Below, one piece after another: positions 47,759-57,327 of a stretch of DNA of 64,000 bases. The notes under the pieces were generated by a model. That model did no database searches. It was not told the origin of the DNA and saw only the letters and a list, made by a program, of their open reading frames with translations. Location: positions 23,428 through 87,427 of the forward strand of contig CAYYKJ010000003.1 in NCBI GenBank assembly GCA_964441265.1. Direction: 5' to 3'. Origin of the DNA: an uncultured archaeon. Its GTDB lineage: Archaea > Aenigmatarchaeota > Aenigmatarchaeia > QMZP01 > QMZT01. Numbering within the stretch: the stretch's first letter is position 1; each line of letters starts with the position of its first letter. The position numbers and the translations under genes were made by a program.

Positions 47759-50590
47759 TTACTTCTTTCCTCTCTTTTTCTTTCCCGATTTTTTCCCGGA
47801 TTTCTTCTTCTTTGTGGTACCTTTCTTGCCAGCGGATTTTGTTTTCCCGGTCTTCTCCCCGGTTTTACTGCCGGCCTTCTTTCCGGAAGACTTCTTTTTC
47901 TCGGATTTTGTCCTGGCTGATTTCTCTCTCTTGGACTTCTTTGTTTTCTTCCTGCCGGAGGACTTGGGTTCCCCGGCCTTCTTTTTCGTTTTCTTTTCAG
48001 TTTTTTTCTTCTTGCTTCTCTTTCCGGAGCCCGGCCCCTTCATACCCTTCATTCCGCTTATCTTCCCGCTTTCCTCCGGTTTCTCCCTTTCTTCTCTGGG
48101 AATCTGCTCCCCGGGGAACCTTCCGATCAGCCTGAAAGCCCCTGTCCCCAGGGGTATGACCTGATTCATTATTATGTTCTCCACCTGCCCTCGAAGGGAA
48201 TCCCTTTCACCGTTTATTGAGGCGTTGATTATGTGCTTTTTTGTCTCCTCAAAAGACATCCTGGCGATCACAGAGGGCTTGCTCCCTGCGATTCCGTACC
48301 TCCCAATCCCCATTATATTACCCGAATACGTCATCAGGTCGGCCAGAAGGGAGACGTATCTCGGGTCGACCCCCAGCCCCTGCTCCTCTATGGTGTGGAC
48401 GGCCTCCTGTATTATCGCATTCCTGGCCGCCTCTATGCCGAGAACACTACATATCTCAAATATGTTGTTGCAGGTGGTCTTTGTCGGATCCACCCCTTCC
48501 ACAGCCAGTATCTTCTTGAGGTTGGAACCGAGGGTGCTTATTATCCATCCCTCATCCTCTTTGCTCACAATAACGTGGGAAATGCCCTTTACTCCCTCTA
48601 TATGGGACTCCATGACCTTGTATTTCAGCTTGTGGAGGTTGATGTTCTCGGTCTTCTTGGAGGTCACGGATATCTCGGAACCCTGGACATCGACATCCAC
48701 GTTCTTTATCTTTATGTGCTTCTTCAGGTCTTCCACGTCCAGATTGAAATCCCTGAGCTTTTTCTTGTTGAGCTTGAGCCTTATGACCAGGTTTATGAGA
48801 TCTATAACGTCACCCACCACGAAGTCCCTGAGCTTGACCTCCTTTATTTTCTTTGCTACCTTGAGCGCCTTTTCCTCGCTCTGGTAGTCCTTCATAAGGT
48901 GTATGGTCATGCTGGGCGTTTCCGGCTTTTTCTTCGCGTCGTATATCTCGATTAGACGTGGCAGACCCAGGGTTACCTGTATGCCTGCGACCCCTGCGAA
49001 ATGGTAAGTCCGCATCGTATTGTGGGTTACGATCCCGTCGAAAGTAGTGAACGTTTCCGTCCCCTCCACGGTGAAATCATATACATAATCATTGGACGGC
49101 CTTACGCGGGAAATCTCGGTTATCTTATCCCAGACCACGTCCGAATTGAGCATTGTCTTCATGACCTTCAGTTCATTTTCTATGTCGATGCCCTTTGATT
49201 CGGAGAGTCTTTCAAAAATACCCACGTATTTGGCAAGGGTCGATCTTCCTATTCTCTGTCTCCCGGTGAAATTGTTGACATATCTCGTGGGGTAGCCCAG
49301 CTTTTTCGCCGTCCTTAGGAACAAATCCCCGAATCCTCCCACCATGTCGGTGAAGTCCTGGAATTTACCATTCTTCCCAAAAAACCCGCATAGCCTCTCG
49401 AGTCTCTCCTTCTTTTCGTCAACGGAAAATCCTATATTCTCCCTGAACAGACCGGCATATTTATAGGGTATCGCCAAATTGAACTGTTTGTCAATGCTCT
49501 TGTTTGCAAATATCCCGAACCTTGTCAGCAAGAGCTTGATACCGTCAATGAGCTCCTCCGAATTGGACGATGCCCTTATCATCCCCCTGTCCACTGAGAC
49601 ATTGCCGTCCCCGTCGAAATACCCCTTCAGCAGCCCGGACACGAACTCCTTCTTTGCGCCATATGAGAAATATGGAACCCTTTTCGAGCCCGAGCCGGTA
49701 CCGCAAACCGCCTTCATCAGTCTGCTCAGGATAATGGAGTTTATCCTTATGTCATGTCCCTTTGAGAAACCGCGGAAATTGTCATATTCATTGAAGGTGA
49801 ATCCGTGCGATCTGGCGAACTTCCTGATTTTTGAAAGGAATTCACTGTCTACGTTGGAGAAGGAAACGTAATATTTCGTGGATTGACCTTCGGAAAGGTA
49901 TGCCCCGAAAATCCATCCCAGGGACTTGTCAAGGTCGATTTTTTCGGGGAGGGGCTTCCTAATGAAAGAATCGGTTTCCCCTATGGCATCCTTCAAATCA
50001 AGGGACTGGAGACAATTTTCAGACAGAAATTTCATAGAGGGAATCCTGCTACCGATTTTCAGTTGTTTTCCAGATATCGGGACTATTTTGTTGTTTTCCC
50101 TGACAACGAAAGAATGGGAATCGGTGGCCGTTATTTCTCTTCCTGAAAGGGTTCTGATTTTTATCAGTTCTTCGGGTGCCTTGTGCCTGCTGCATGAAGA
50201 AACCCTTTTCCACTCAATCTTCTCCTTGCCAGTTATGCTGGGGACAAAAACTTCCCCATCAGAAAAATCGAATATCTCCCAGCCGTTCTCTTCTTTCTTC
50301 CCGAAGACATCCATAACACTGTCCACGAATTCCCCGATTTTAGGTGTTATTATGCATCCATTATTCTTCAGTATTACCCTTTCGTTGTGATCTAGGGACA
50401 TCTGGGTGGCCGGCTCGGATAGCGACTGGGCCGCAACGACGCCCATGGCCTCCTCCGGATAATAGAGCGCCTTGTTGTAAAGCACCCTGACCCTTCCGAT
50501 CAGTTCTGCGGAGTCCATGCCATTCTCTTTGGCGTATTCCTCCACTTCCTTCCTTATCTTCAAAGGCAGTTCTCTCATTTTATCATCCAT
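47759..50590 (-). CDS. rpoA2: RNA polymerase subunit A'' (intein-containing, Lys-rich tail)
   Basis: AAQSLSEPATQM[intein]TMRTYHFAG, GLPRLIEI, GIEAAR, ARMSFE. Confidence 0.95.
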   Translation of the reverse strand: MDDKMRELPLKIRKEVEEYAKENGMDSAELIGRVRVLYNKALYYPEEAMGVVAAQSLSEPATQMSLDHNERVILKNNGCIITPKIGEFVDSVMDVFGKKEENGWEIFDFSDGEVFVPSITGKEKIEWKRVSSCSRHKAPEELIKIRTLSGREITATDSHSFVVRENNKIVPISGKQLKIGSRIPSMKFLSENCLQSLDLKDAIGETDSFIRKPLPEKIDLDKSLGWIFGAYLSEGQSTKYYVSFSNVDSEFLSKIRKFARSHGFTFNEYDNFRGFSKGHDIRINSIILSRLMKAVCGTGSGSKRVPYFSYGAKKEFVSGLLKGYFDGDGNVSVDRGMIRASSNSEELIDGIKLLLTRFGIFANKSIDKQFNLAIPYKYAGLFRENIGFSVDEKKERLERLCGFFGKNGKFQDFTDMVGGFGDLFLRTAKKLGYPTRYVNNFTGRQRIGRSTLAKYVGIFERLSESKGIDIENELKVMKTMLNSDVVWDKITEISRVRPSNDYVYDFTVEGTETFTTFDGIVTHNTMRTYHFAGVAGIQVTLGLPRLIEIYDAKKKPETPSMTIHLMKDYQSEEKALKVAKKIKEVKLRDFVVGDVIDLINLVIRLKLNKKKLRDFNLDVEDLKKHIKIKNVDVDVQGSEISVTSKKTENINLHKLKYKVMESHIEGVKGISHVIVSKEDEGWIISTLGSNLKKILAVEGVDPTKTTCNNIFEICSVLGIEAARNAIIQEAVHTIEEQGLGVDPRYVSLLADLMTYSGNIMGIGRYGIAGSKPSVIARMSFEETKKHIINASINGERDSLRGQVENIIMNQVIPLGTGAFRLIGRFPGEQIPREEREKPEESGKISGMKGMKGPGSGKRSKKKKTEKKTKKKAGEPKSSGRKKTKKSKREKSARTKSEKKKSSGKKAGSKTGEKTGKTKSAGKKGTTKKKKSGKKSGKKKRGKK
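49019..50398 (-). mobile_element. 460-aa intein with LAGLIDADG homing endonuclease
   Basis: Starts SLD, block B TATDSHSF, motifs IFGAYLSEG and LKGYFDGDG, ends VYDFTV...VTHN before Thr. Confidence 0.93.
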
Positions 50591-53076
50591 TAAATATTCA
50601 TCTTCCAGTTGAGTTGTCCCCAGTCGGTCTTCGATGGGTCCATCCCGTCCTCGCCAGCAAAGAACTGTATGACATTGTTATTGGAATCCCTGACCGCCAT
50701 GTCCTCGCAGACCTTGAGGTCCTGAAGAGAATTCATGAGCCTTCTCTGCATGTAACCGGACTTTCTGGTACGGAGCGACTTGTCCATGAGCCCCTCCCTG
50801 CCGTTCATCACGTTCCAGAAGAACTCGAAAGGGGTGAGCCCCTGTTTGAATCCCCTCGAAACGAAGCCGTGCGCCTCTGCCGAAAGGTCTCCCTTGGCGA
50901 AATGGGGAAGTATCCTATCCATGTAGCCTCTCTCTATCCTCTGACCAAGTATGGTTTCCGATCCGACGCAGGCGGACATCTGGGTAGTGTTTATGTTAGA
51001 ACCCTTGGCTCCGGAAGAGGACATCACGAGTATGTCGCTGGGGCTTATCTTCTCAACCATTATCTCGCTGACCCTGTTCAGCCCCTCCGCAAGCGCGGAG
51101 AGTATCTGGGTCTCCAGTGACTCCTTGGGGGTCATCCCGGGAAGCACTTTTATCTTCTTATTCTTGTATTCCCCGATGAGCCTGTCCGCATCCACCTTCG
51201 ACTTGTCTATTTCCTTTTTTATGTCCGAGAGAGTCCTCTTGGGAAGGTCAAGGTCTGTCAATCCTATGGAAAATCCCCTTTCCATGAGATAGGAAACCGA
51301 AATTCTTCCGAGATGGTCTATGAAATTCTTGAGTTCCTCGTTGTTGACGTTCCTCCTCACCTTGTTTATCATCTTCCCCTTGAAGGCTCCCACTGCAGAA
51401 CTGTCCAGAACTCCGCTGACAAGCTCCCCGTTCTTGATTGACACCCATGCATCATAGGGACATTTTTCCCTCGTACACTTTTCGCATTCCCTGCATATCC
51501 CCGCCTTGTATTCCATGTTGAGCCCCTTCGGCAACAGGAGGCTTATGACTTCTTTCCCGGTGAACTTCTCCTTGTCGGGAATCTCGGCTTCAATTCTCGC
51601 CCGGGCGAAGAGTTCAGATGCCTCCTCTTTCGTGAAAACATTTCCCTTCTGGCTAAGCAGGAATATTCCTGATATCTGGTCCAGGTCCAGCCCCACCAGG
51701 GGCCCCCCGAATCTGGGTGATATTATATTGTTCTTGACGTCCATGAGCTCCAGTGCCTCCACCTGGGCCTCTTCGGACTGCAGGGCATGTATGTTCATCT
51801 CGTCCCCGTCGAAATCCGCGTTGTAAGGGGCACAGACGCTCGGGTTCAGCCTGAATGTCCTGTGGGGAGTCACCTTTACACGATGGGCCATTATGGACAT
51901 CCTATGAAGGGAGGGTTGCCTGTTGAACAGAACCACGTCCATGTCCTTCAGCTGCCGGTCTATTATCCATCCTTTCTCGAGAGAGGAAAGTATTTCCTTC
52001 TTGTTTTCCTCGGTCACCTTTATCTTCCTGCCATCGAGCCTGGTGACGTAGTTGACCTTGCCGTCTTTCAGCATGCTCTTGACGTCCTTCATGTTTAGCG
52101 AGGTTATGGTCTGGGGTATGGTCAGCTCGCTGGCCACTATGTCCGGTATGCCCACCTCGTTTATGGAGAGCGTAGGGTCGGGGCTGATAACGGTCCTTGA
52201 CGAATAATTCACCCTCTTTCCGAGAAGGTTGCCCCTGATCCTTCCCTCCTTGGCCTTGAGCCTCTGTATCATTCCCTTCAGCGGCCTCCCTGACCTGTGT
52301 CTTGCCTGGGGAACACCCGTCAGCTGGTTGTCGAAATAGGTGGCCACGTGATACTGGGAAAGCTCCCATAGGTCATTGAGTATGAATTCGGGCGCTCCTA
52401 TGTCTATGTTCTCCTTCAGGGACTGGTTTATCCTCACTATGTCCACCAGCTTGTGTGTCAGGTCGTCCTCTGACCTCTCCCCCGTCTCCAGCGTGATGCT
52501 GGGCCTCATGGTCACGGGGGGTATCGGGAACAGCGTGAGTATGAGCCACTCCGGCCTGCCTCCCCGGAAACCCAGCTTCTCCAGGTCATCTTTGGATATC
52601 CTTTCCATCCATTCCCGGATAAATATGGGATTGAGCTCCTCTTTTCCGGCGTAATAGGTGAATGGCTTGGAAAACTTTATCTTCTTCTGTTGCTTGCCGC
52701 AGTGGGGACACCTCTTGGTAGCGCTCTTGGAGGCCTGCTTGAGGGAGACCGGATTCTTGGATAGTATCTTACCGCACTTCATACAGGTCGCCTTCATGAG
52801 CTGGTAAATCTGCTTCGTGTAAAGTACGTGGACCACCGGCCTGGCCAGTTCCAGATAACCGAAATGCCCGGGGCAGTCCCCTATGCTTGCCCCGCATGTC
52901 CTGCACCTTATACCGGGATCAACGACTCCCATCCTCGGGTCCATCACTCCGCCGTCTACGGGGTAACCGTCCGCATCGTAAAGGTCGGAAGTGACGATCC
53001 TGACGGTAGCCAGCGATTTGATTATTTCCGGGGACAATATTCCGAAACCCATGGCTTCTATTTTTGCAGTGTTCAT
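50590..53076 (-). CDS. rpoA1: RNA polymerase subunit A'
   Basis: CPGHFG, NRQPSLH, YNADFDGDEMN. Confidence 0.98.
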   Translation of the reverse strand: MNTAKIEAMGFGILSPEIIKSLATVRIVTSDLYDADGYPVDGGVMDPRMGVVDPGIRCRTCGASIGDCPGHFGYLELARPVVHVLYTKQIYQLMKATCMKCGKILSKNPVSLKQASKSATKRCPHCGKQQKKIKFSKPFTYYAGKEELNPIFIREWMERISKDDLEKLGFRGGRPEWLILTLFPIPPVTMRPSITLETGERSEDDLTHKLVDIVRINQSLKENIDIGAPEFILNDLWELSQYHVATYFDNQLTGVPQARHRSGRPLKGMIQRLKAKEGRIRGNLLGKRVNYSSRTVISPDPTLSINEVGIPDIVASELTIPQTITSLNMKDVKSMLKDGKVNYVTRLDGRKIKVTEENKKEILSSLEKGWIIDRQLKDMDVVLFNRQPSLHRMSIMAHRVKVTPHRTFRLNPSVCAPYNADFDGDEMNIHALQSEEAQVEALELMDVKNNIISPRFGGPLVGLDLDQISGIFLLSQKGNVFTKEEASELFARARIEAEIPDKEKFTGKEVISLLLPKGLNMEYKAGICRECEKCTREKCPYDAWVSIKNGELVSGVLDSSAVGAFKGKMINKVRRNVNNEELKNFIDHLGRISVSYLMERGFSIGLTDLDLPKRTLSDIKKEIDKSKVDADRLIGEYKNKKIKVLPGMTPKESLETQILSALAEGLNRVSEIMVEKISPSDILVMSSSGAKGSNINTTQMSACVGSETILGQRIERGYMDRILPHFAKGDLSAEAHGFVSRGFKQGLTPFEFFWNVMNGREGLMDKSLRTRKSGYMQRRLMNSLQDLKVCEDMAVRDSNNNVIQFFAGEDGMDPSKTDWGQLNWKMNI

Positions 53077-54884
53077 ATCTCATCAACCGTAAGTCTGGGG
53101 TATACCCCCATGGACTTGAACTCGTCAAGTGTGAGCTTGAAAGCATAAGATGTGTTGACCCAGAGGACCTTTGAGTTTTTGCAAAGCAGGCAACGGGCCG
53201 AATTCTTTGCCCTGTCGTAAATGGCTATCAGGCCGCATTTCTGGCATATGGGAATGACAGTCTCGTCCGAGCTGAACCTCTCCTTCAGCGTCATCGCGGC
53301 TCCGTGCCCCACCAGGCACTGCTGCTCCATCTCTCCCAGACGAAGGCCTCCCCTCTTGGAGCGCCCTTCCGTGGGCTGCCTCGTAAGTAGGGTCACGGGT
53401 CCCTTCGACCGGGCGTGTATCTTGTCAGCGACCATGTGGTCGAGCTTCATGTAATAGGTTATACCGGTAAATATCATGACTTCATATTTCTTTCCACTCC
53501 TCCCGTCGTAGAGGGTCTCCTTCCCGTCATCTCTGAAGCCGAGCTTGAGCATCTCTTTCCTTATGTCATCTTCCTTCGCGCCTGAGAACGTGGATCCGTC
53601 GACTATCTCCCCGGAGTAAGCGGAATACTTCCCGGTGAGCACCTCCATCAGCTGGCTCACGGTCATCCTGGAGGGTATGCCGTGGGGATTGAAGACCACG
53701 TCAGGGACCACGCCGTCCTTGGTGAAGGGCATGTCCTCGTGGGGCACCAGAAGAGAGGTGACCCCCTTCTGCCCGTGCCTGGTGGCGAACTTGTCACCGA
53801 GTTCCGGAATCCTCTGGTCCCTTATCCTCACCTTGAGCATGTGCTCTCCGTTTGTGGTTTCGCTTATGAGGACCTTGTCAACTACTCCCCTTTCCCCGTG
53901 CCTCACCGTGACGGAGGACTCCCGCTTGTTCTCTATGTCCATGGTGAAATCCCCCCCGGTCAGGAACCTGAGAGGAGAAACCTTACCCACGATTATGGAA
54001 TCAGATTCAACCGGGGTCTCGACGTTTATTATCCCGTCCTCGGCCAGGTCTTCGTAGGCATCGTCCCCCCTGTATCCCTTTATGCCTGGCTCGGGAACAC
54101 AGATGCTGTCCTCCTGGCCGCCCCAGTACCTTTTCTTTGAAGTCTGATATGTCCTGAAGTAAAAAGACCGGAACATTCCCCTCTCCACTGAACTCCTGTT
54201 CAGAACCACGGCGTCGTTCATATTGAAGCCGTCCCAGCACATTATAGCTATCACAACGTTCTGGCCGTAGGGATGATATTTGAGTATGTCGTCCGTTTTG
54301 GTCCTGACCAGCGGACGCTGAGGATAGGAAAGCACGTTGAACTTCGTGTCGCTCCTTATGAGGAAGTTGTCCACCGGGGCGCCTATCGCCTGCCCCACCA
54401 TCTTGGCGCCGTAGTTTACCCTGTCGCCCCTGTTATACTCCGAATACGGAGTCAGGCTTGCGGATATTCCCAGGACAAGTATGGGATTGAGCTCCAGGTG
54501 GGTGTGGTCCTTGGTGACCTCAGAGGGGTCAATCGCTATGTATGCGTTCTCCTCCTCCTCCGCGTCCAGGTATTCTATTATCCCGTGCTTTATCAGGTAT
54601 GTCCAGGTGATCTTGCCTGACATGAGCTTTTTTACCAAGGAATCGGTAAGTTTGGGCTTCCCGTTGCTGACTATTATTAGCGGCCTCCTTGCCCTACCGG
54701 AGTCGCAGTTTACCCGTATTTCGGAGAACCTTTCGTTGTACGCAACGTTTATCTGGTCCGGCAGTATGCTGTGCCTTCTCCTTTTCTTTATGTTGCCTAT
54801 GAAGGCCGAGGCGTCCCTTACAGAACCCATGTAATTGCCGTTGAAATACACGTCTACCGGTTCCCTCGAAGATTTTTTCGTCAT
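53073..54884 (-). CDS. rpoB1: RNA polymerase subunit B'
   Basis: GDKFATRHGQKG and GGLRLGEME. Confidence 0.97.
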   Translation of the reverse strand: MTKKSSREPVDVYFNGNYMGSVRDASAFIGNIKKRRRHSILPDQINVAYNERFSEIRVNCDSGRARRPLIIVSNGKPKLTDSLVKKLMSGKITWTYLIKHGIIEYLDAEEEENAYIAIDPSEVTKDHTHLELNPILVLGISASLTPYSEYNRGDRVNYGAKMVGQAIGAPVDNFLIRSDTKFNVLSYPQRPLVRTKTDDILKYHPYGQNVVIAIMCWDGFNMNDAVVLNRSSVERGMFRSFYFRTYQTSKKRYWGGQEDSICVPEPGIKGYRGDDAYEDLAEDGIINVETPVESDSIIVGKVSPLRFLTGGDFTMDIENKRESSVTVRHGERGVVDKVLISETTNGEHMLKVRIRDQRIPELGDKFATRHGQKGVTSLLVPHEDMPFTKDGVVPDVVFNPHGIPSRMTVSQLMEVLTGKYSAYSGEIVDGSTFSGAKEDDIRKEMLKLGFRDDGKETLYDGRSGKKYEVMIFTGITYYMKLDHMVADKIHARSKGPVTLLTRQPTEGRSKRGGLRLGEMEQQCLVGHGAAMTLKERFSSDETVIPICQKCGLIAIYDRAKNSARCLLCKNSKVLWVNTSYAFKLTLDEFKSMGVYPRLTVDEI

Positions 54885-56350
54885 TTCACGCCCATCTCCT
54901 TTATGCTGCCCAGCAGGTCTTCTTCGTCCTTGGCGGAAAGGCCGGAGGTGATTTCCGTCAGAAGCGCCAGGTGCTTTCTGAGGCCTATCGAGGATCCCTC
55001 AGGGGTCTCGGCGGGGCAAAGCCTCCCCCACTCCGTGGGATGTACCTGCCTTGCCTTGAAATGCTCCTGAGTGGAAGTCAGCGGCGAGAGCACGGATCTC
55101 AGGTGAGAGACCGATTTTATGAATGAGCTCCTGTCCAGCCTCTGGGACACCCCCGTTCTCCCTCCTATCCAGGCCCCCGTAGCCAGTGAGGAGAGTATCT
55201 GTTTGGTTACCGTATTGGCCTCTATAATGGACTGGACTGAAGGGAATTTTCCCCTCTTGACCAACTTCTGGTAATTATAAGTCATCTTGGCTATCAGGCC
55301 CCATCTCCCCAGGAGTATGGATCTGAATAACTGCTCGAAAAGTTCCCCGGACATGAGAAGTCTCTTGTTGGAATAGTGATCTATGTCGTCGTCGGGGGAG
55401 ATGCCCAGCTTAACCGCTATGCATTTCCTTATCACCCTTGCCAGGTATTTGTCCTTCTTGGGCCTGTCACCTATCTCCTGGCCCAGATGAGGGAAAAGGT
55501 ACCTGTCCAATATCTGGTTTACCCTCTCTTCCACGTAATCCTTGCTGACCTTGAGCTTCCTGCCCATGAAAGCCTTGGCTTCCTCTGTGGTTATGACGTC
55601 CGTCTCGTAGAGGTTGGTGTAGAATTCGTTGAGTATCTTGCTGTCGTTGGAAATCATGGAGCAAAGCTCCTTGTCGTTCTCCTGTCCGAGCGCCTTCAGA
55701 AGAACCACTATGGGAAGGCGCTTTATGTTGGCGAAAGATATGGTAAGCTCGCCGTCGGGCTTCATCTCGATGAGGTGCCTCTGCTTGAAACCCGATTTTT
55801 CGGAATTTATCCTTATCATCACCCCGTCATCCGGGGTCTTCTCGAATATGGGCTTGTTGGAGGTGATTTCTTCTATGAGCACGAGCACCCTCTCCGTGCC
55901 GTTTACTATGAAATATCCACCGGGATCCATGGGATCCTCGCCCACCTCCACCATATCCTTGTCATCGAGGTCTGAAAGGTTGCAGACCTTCGAGCGGACC
56001 ATTATGGGAAGGTTTCCTATGTGGACCCTCTCTACCTTCTCCTGGACGCCGTTGAAAATGGGGATTATGTTAACGTAAAGAGGGGCCATGTAAGTGAGGT
56101 CGCGTATCCTTGACTCGTTGGGGTAGATCGTCCTGGTGGAGCCGTCCGCCTCGTGTATTGTGGGGACACCCACCTCGACCTTGCCGAACTTCAGCTTCAG
56201 ATCCTCCGCCTCCTGGATGACCCTGACGGTTCCCACCTCGTCTATTATTTTCTGGAGGCCGAAATCTATGAAATTGTTGAATGACTCGATCTGGTATTTG
56301 ACCCATTCCTTTTCCTTCTCGAAGCCCTTGACTAGAGACACGAATGACAT
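54881..56350 (-). CDS. rpoB2: RNA polymerase subunit B''
   Basis: DPGGYFIVNGTERV and WGRLCPAETPEG. Confidence 0.97.
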   Translation of the reverse strand: MSFVSLVKGFEKEKEWVKYQIESFNNFIDFGLQKIIDEVGTVRVIQEAEDLKLKFGKVEVGVPTIHEADGSTRTIYPNESRIRDLTYMAPLYVNIIPIFNGVQEKVERVHIGNLPIMVRSKVCNLSDLDDKDMVEVGEDPMDPGGYFIVNGTERVLVLIEEITSNKPIFEKTPDDGVMIRINSEKSGFKQRHLIEMKPDGELTISFANIKRLPIVVLLKALGQENDKELCSMISNDSKILNEFYTNLYETDVITTEEAKAFMGRKLKVSKDYVEERVNQILDRYLFPHLGQEIGDRPKKDKYLARVIRKCIAVKLGISPDDDIDHYSNKRLLMSGELFEQLFRSILLGRWGLIAKMTYNYQKLVKRGKFPSVQSIIEANTVTKQILSSLATGAWIGGRTGVSQRLDRSSFIKSVSHLRSVLSPLTSTQEHFKARQVHPTEWGRLCPAETPEGSSIGLRKHLALLTEITSGLSAKDEEDLLGSIKEMGVK

Positions 56351-56359
56351 TTCAAAACC

Positions 56360-56605
56360 TCACACCACAATCCTGTAATAAACCGATTCCCCGGCCATGG
56401 GAGAACGCCTCATGATTTCCAAAAGGTCGCCTGGTTTCGCTTTCAGTATTTTTACGACCGGGTCGTCAGACAGTATCTTCGGGAGTTTGTCTTCGGTGGT
56501 ATTGAACTTTTCAATGACCTGATTCTTTTCTTCTTCCGATAGAATTCGGAACTTCGGTACGAGTTCATGTATTAGTTTTTCAATCGATTTGATCACCTTT
56601 GACAA
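56360..56605 (-). CDS. rpoH: RNA polymerase subunit H
   Basis: HELVPK...LPKILSDDPVV...YYRIV; non-ATG start, position uncertain. Confidence 0.95.
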   Translation of the reverse strand: MSKVIKSIEKLIHELVPKFRILSEEEKNQVIEKFNTTEDKLPKILSDDPVVKILKAKPGDLLEIMRRSPMAGESVYYRIVV

Positions 56606-56828
56606 CTCTCGTGGCTAAACAGCCCAACGGAGTCGTTAGGCCCTTTCCGGCGGGATTTCCACAGATAATAATCACGGGCGTTAACATAACTATATCTAAA
56701 TTAAGTATTTAAAGTTTATGGTTGAGACGGTATAAATATCCGTTTTAAAGCTATTTTTTTAGTATTTTGACGAAAAAAACACTAAAAAGGACATGATGAG
56801 AGAAGAAAAACCGGATGGAGATCGCATT

Positions 56829-56940
56829 TCCCTTTTGGTCCCACGCTTTTGTCGGGAAAAGGAAAAGCGTGGAGTGGAAGCGGTCAGCTCCCTTTTGGTC
56901 CCACGCTTTTGTCGGGAAAAGGAAAAGCGTGGAGTGGAAG
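56829..56940. repeat. Two identical 52-bp palindromic units (56829-56880, 56889-56940)
   Basis: tcccttttggtcccacgcttttgtcgggaaaaggaaaagcgtggagtggaag twice with an 8-bp spacer; each unit has a CCACGCTTTT/AAAAGCGTGG inverted repeat. Confidence 0.95.
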
Positions 56941-56946
56941 AATGAA

Positions 56947-57181
56947 TGGGCCCGACGGGAATTCCGAACAGCGGATCCCTTCTTTTGGGATCTCCTTCCT
57001 TTCGGAAGGGCTGATTCGAACCCGCGACTCCCGGATGTCTTTCTGTCATCCGCCCGTGAGGGCGTCAGCATACTTTTATGCCCAGATAAAAGTTTCACAC
57101 GTCCAGGAAAAACCCGAGTTTCCTTGGAAACCGGTGCTCTAATCCCCATCCTCGGGGGATTCCAGGCTGAGCTACGAGCCC
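56947..57181 (-). tRNA. tRNA-Lys(UUU) with four introns (D-loop ~19/20, 30/31, 37/38, 59/60)
   Basis: Exons 57181-57162, 57141-57131, 57093-57087, 57036-57015 and 56960-56947 join to a 74-nt cloverleaf with CCGGA-CTTTTAA-TCCGG. Confidence 0.85.
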
Positions 57182-57183
57182 AA

Positions 57184-57255
57184 CGCCTCGGCCGGGATTT
57201 GAACCCGGGTCCTGGGAGTGACAGTCCCAGATGATAACCACTACACTACCGAAGC
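57184..57255 (-). tRNA. tRNA-Asp(GUC), intronless
   Basis: GCTTCGG...TGGGA-CTGTCAC-TCCCA...GGTTCAAATCC...CCGAGGCG. Confidence 0.95.
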
Positions 57256-57327
57256 ATTAATTCCGGACTGACTGATGTCTTCTTTATTTATTTACAAATT
57301 TAAATATATTCTTATTCGTGGTTTCTT

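Noticed and set aside
56829..56940. Mini CRISPR array
   Set aside because: Only two 52-bp units with an 8-bp spacer, which does not fit repeat-spacer geometry.
57036..57093. Reading the multi-intron tRNA as Val(GAC) or Met/Ile(CAT)
   Set aside because: Only the Lys(UUU) reading gives a 5-bp anticodon stem, a 7-nt loop and a clean BHB; GAC and CAT fall inside the intron.
56751..57234. ORFs with repeated peptides near the tRNAs
   Set aside because: They are translations of the DNA repeat and the tRNA genes, not coding.
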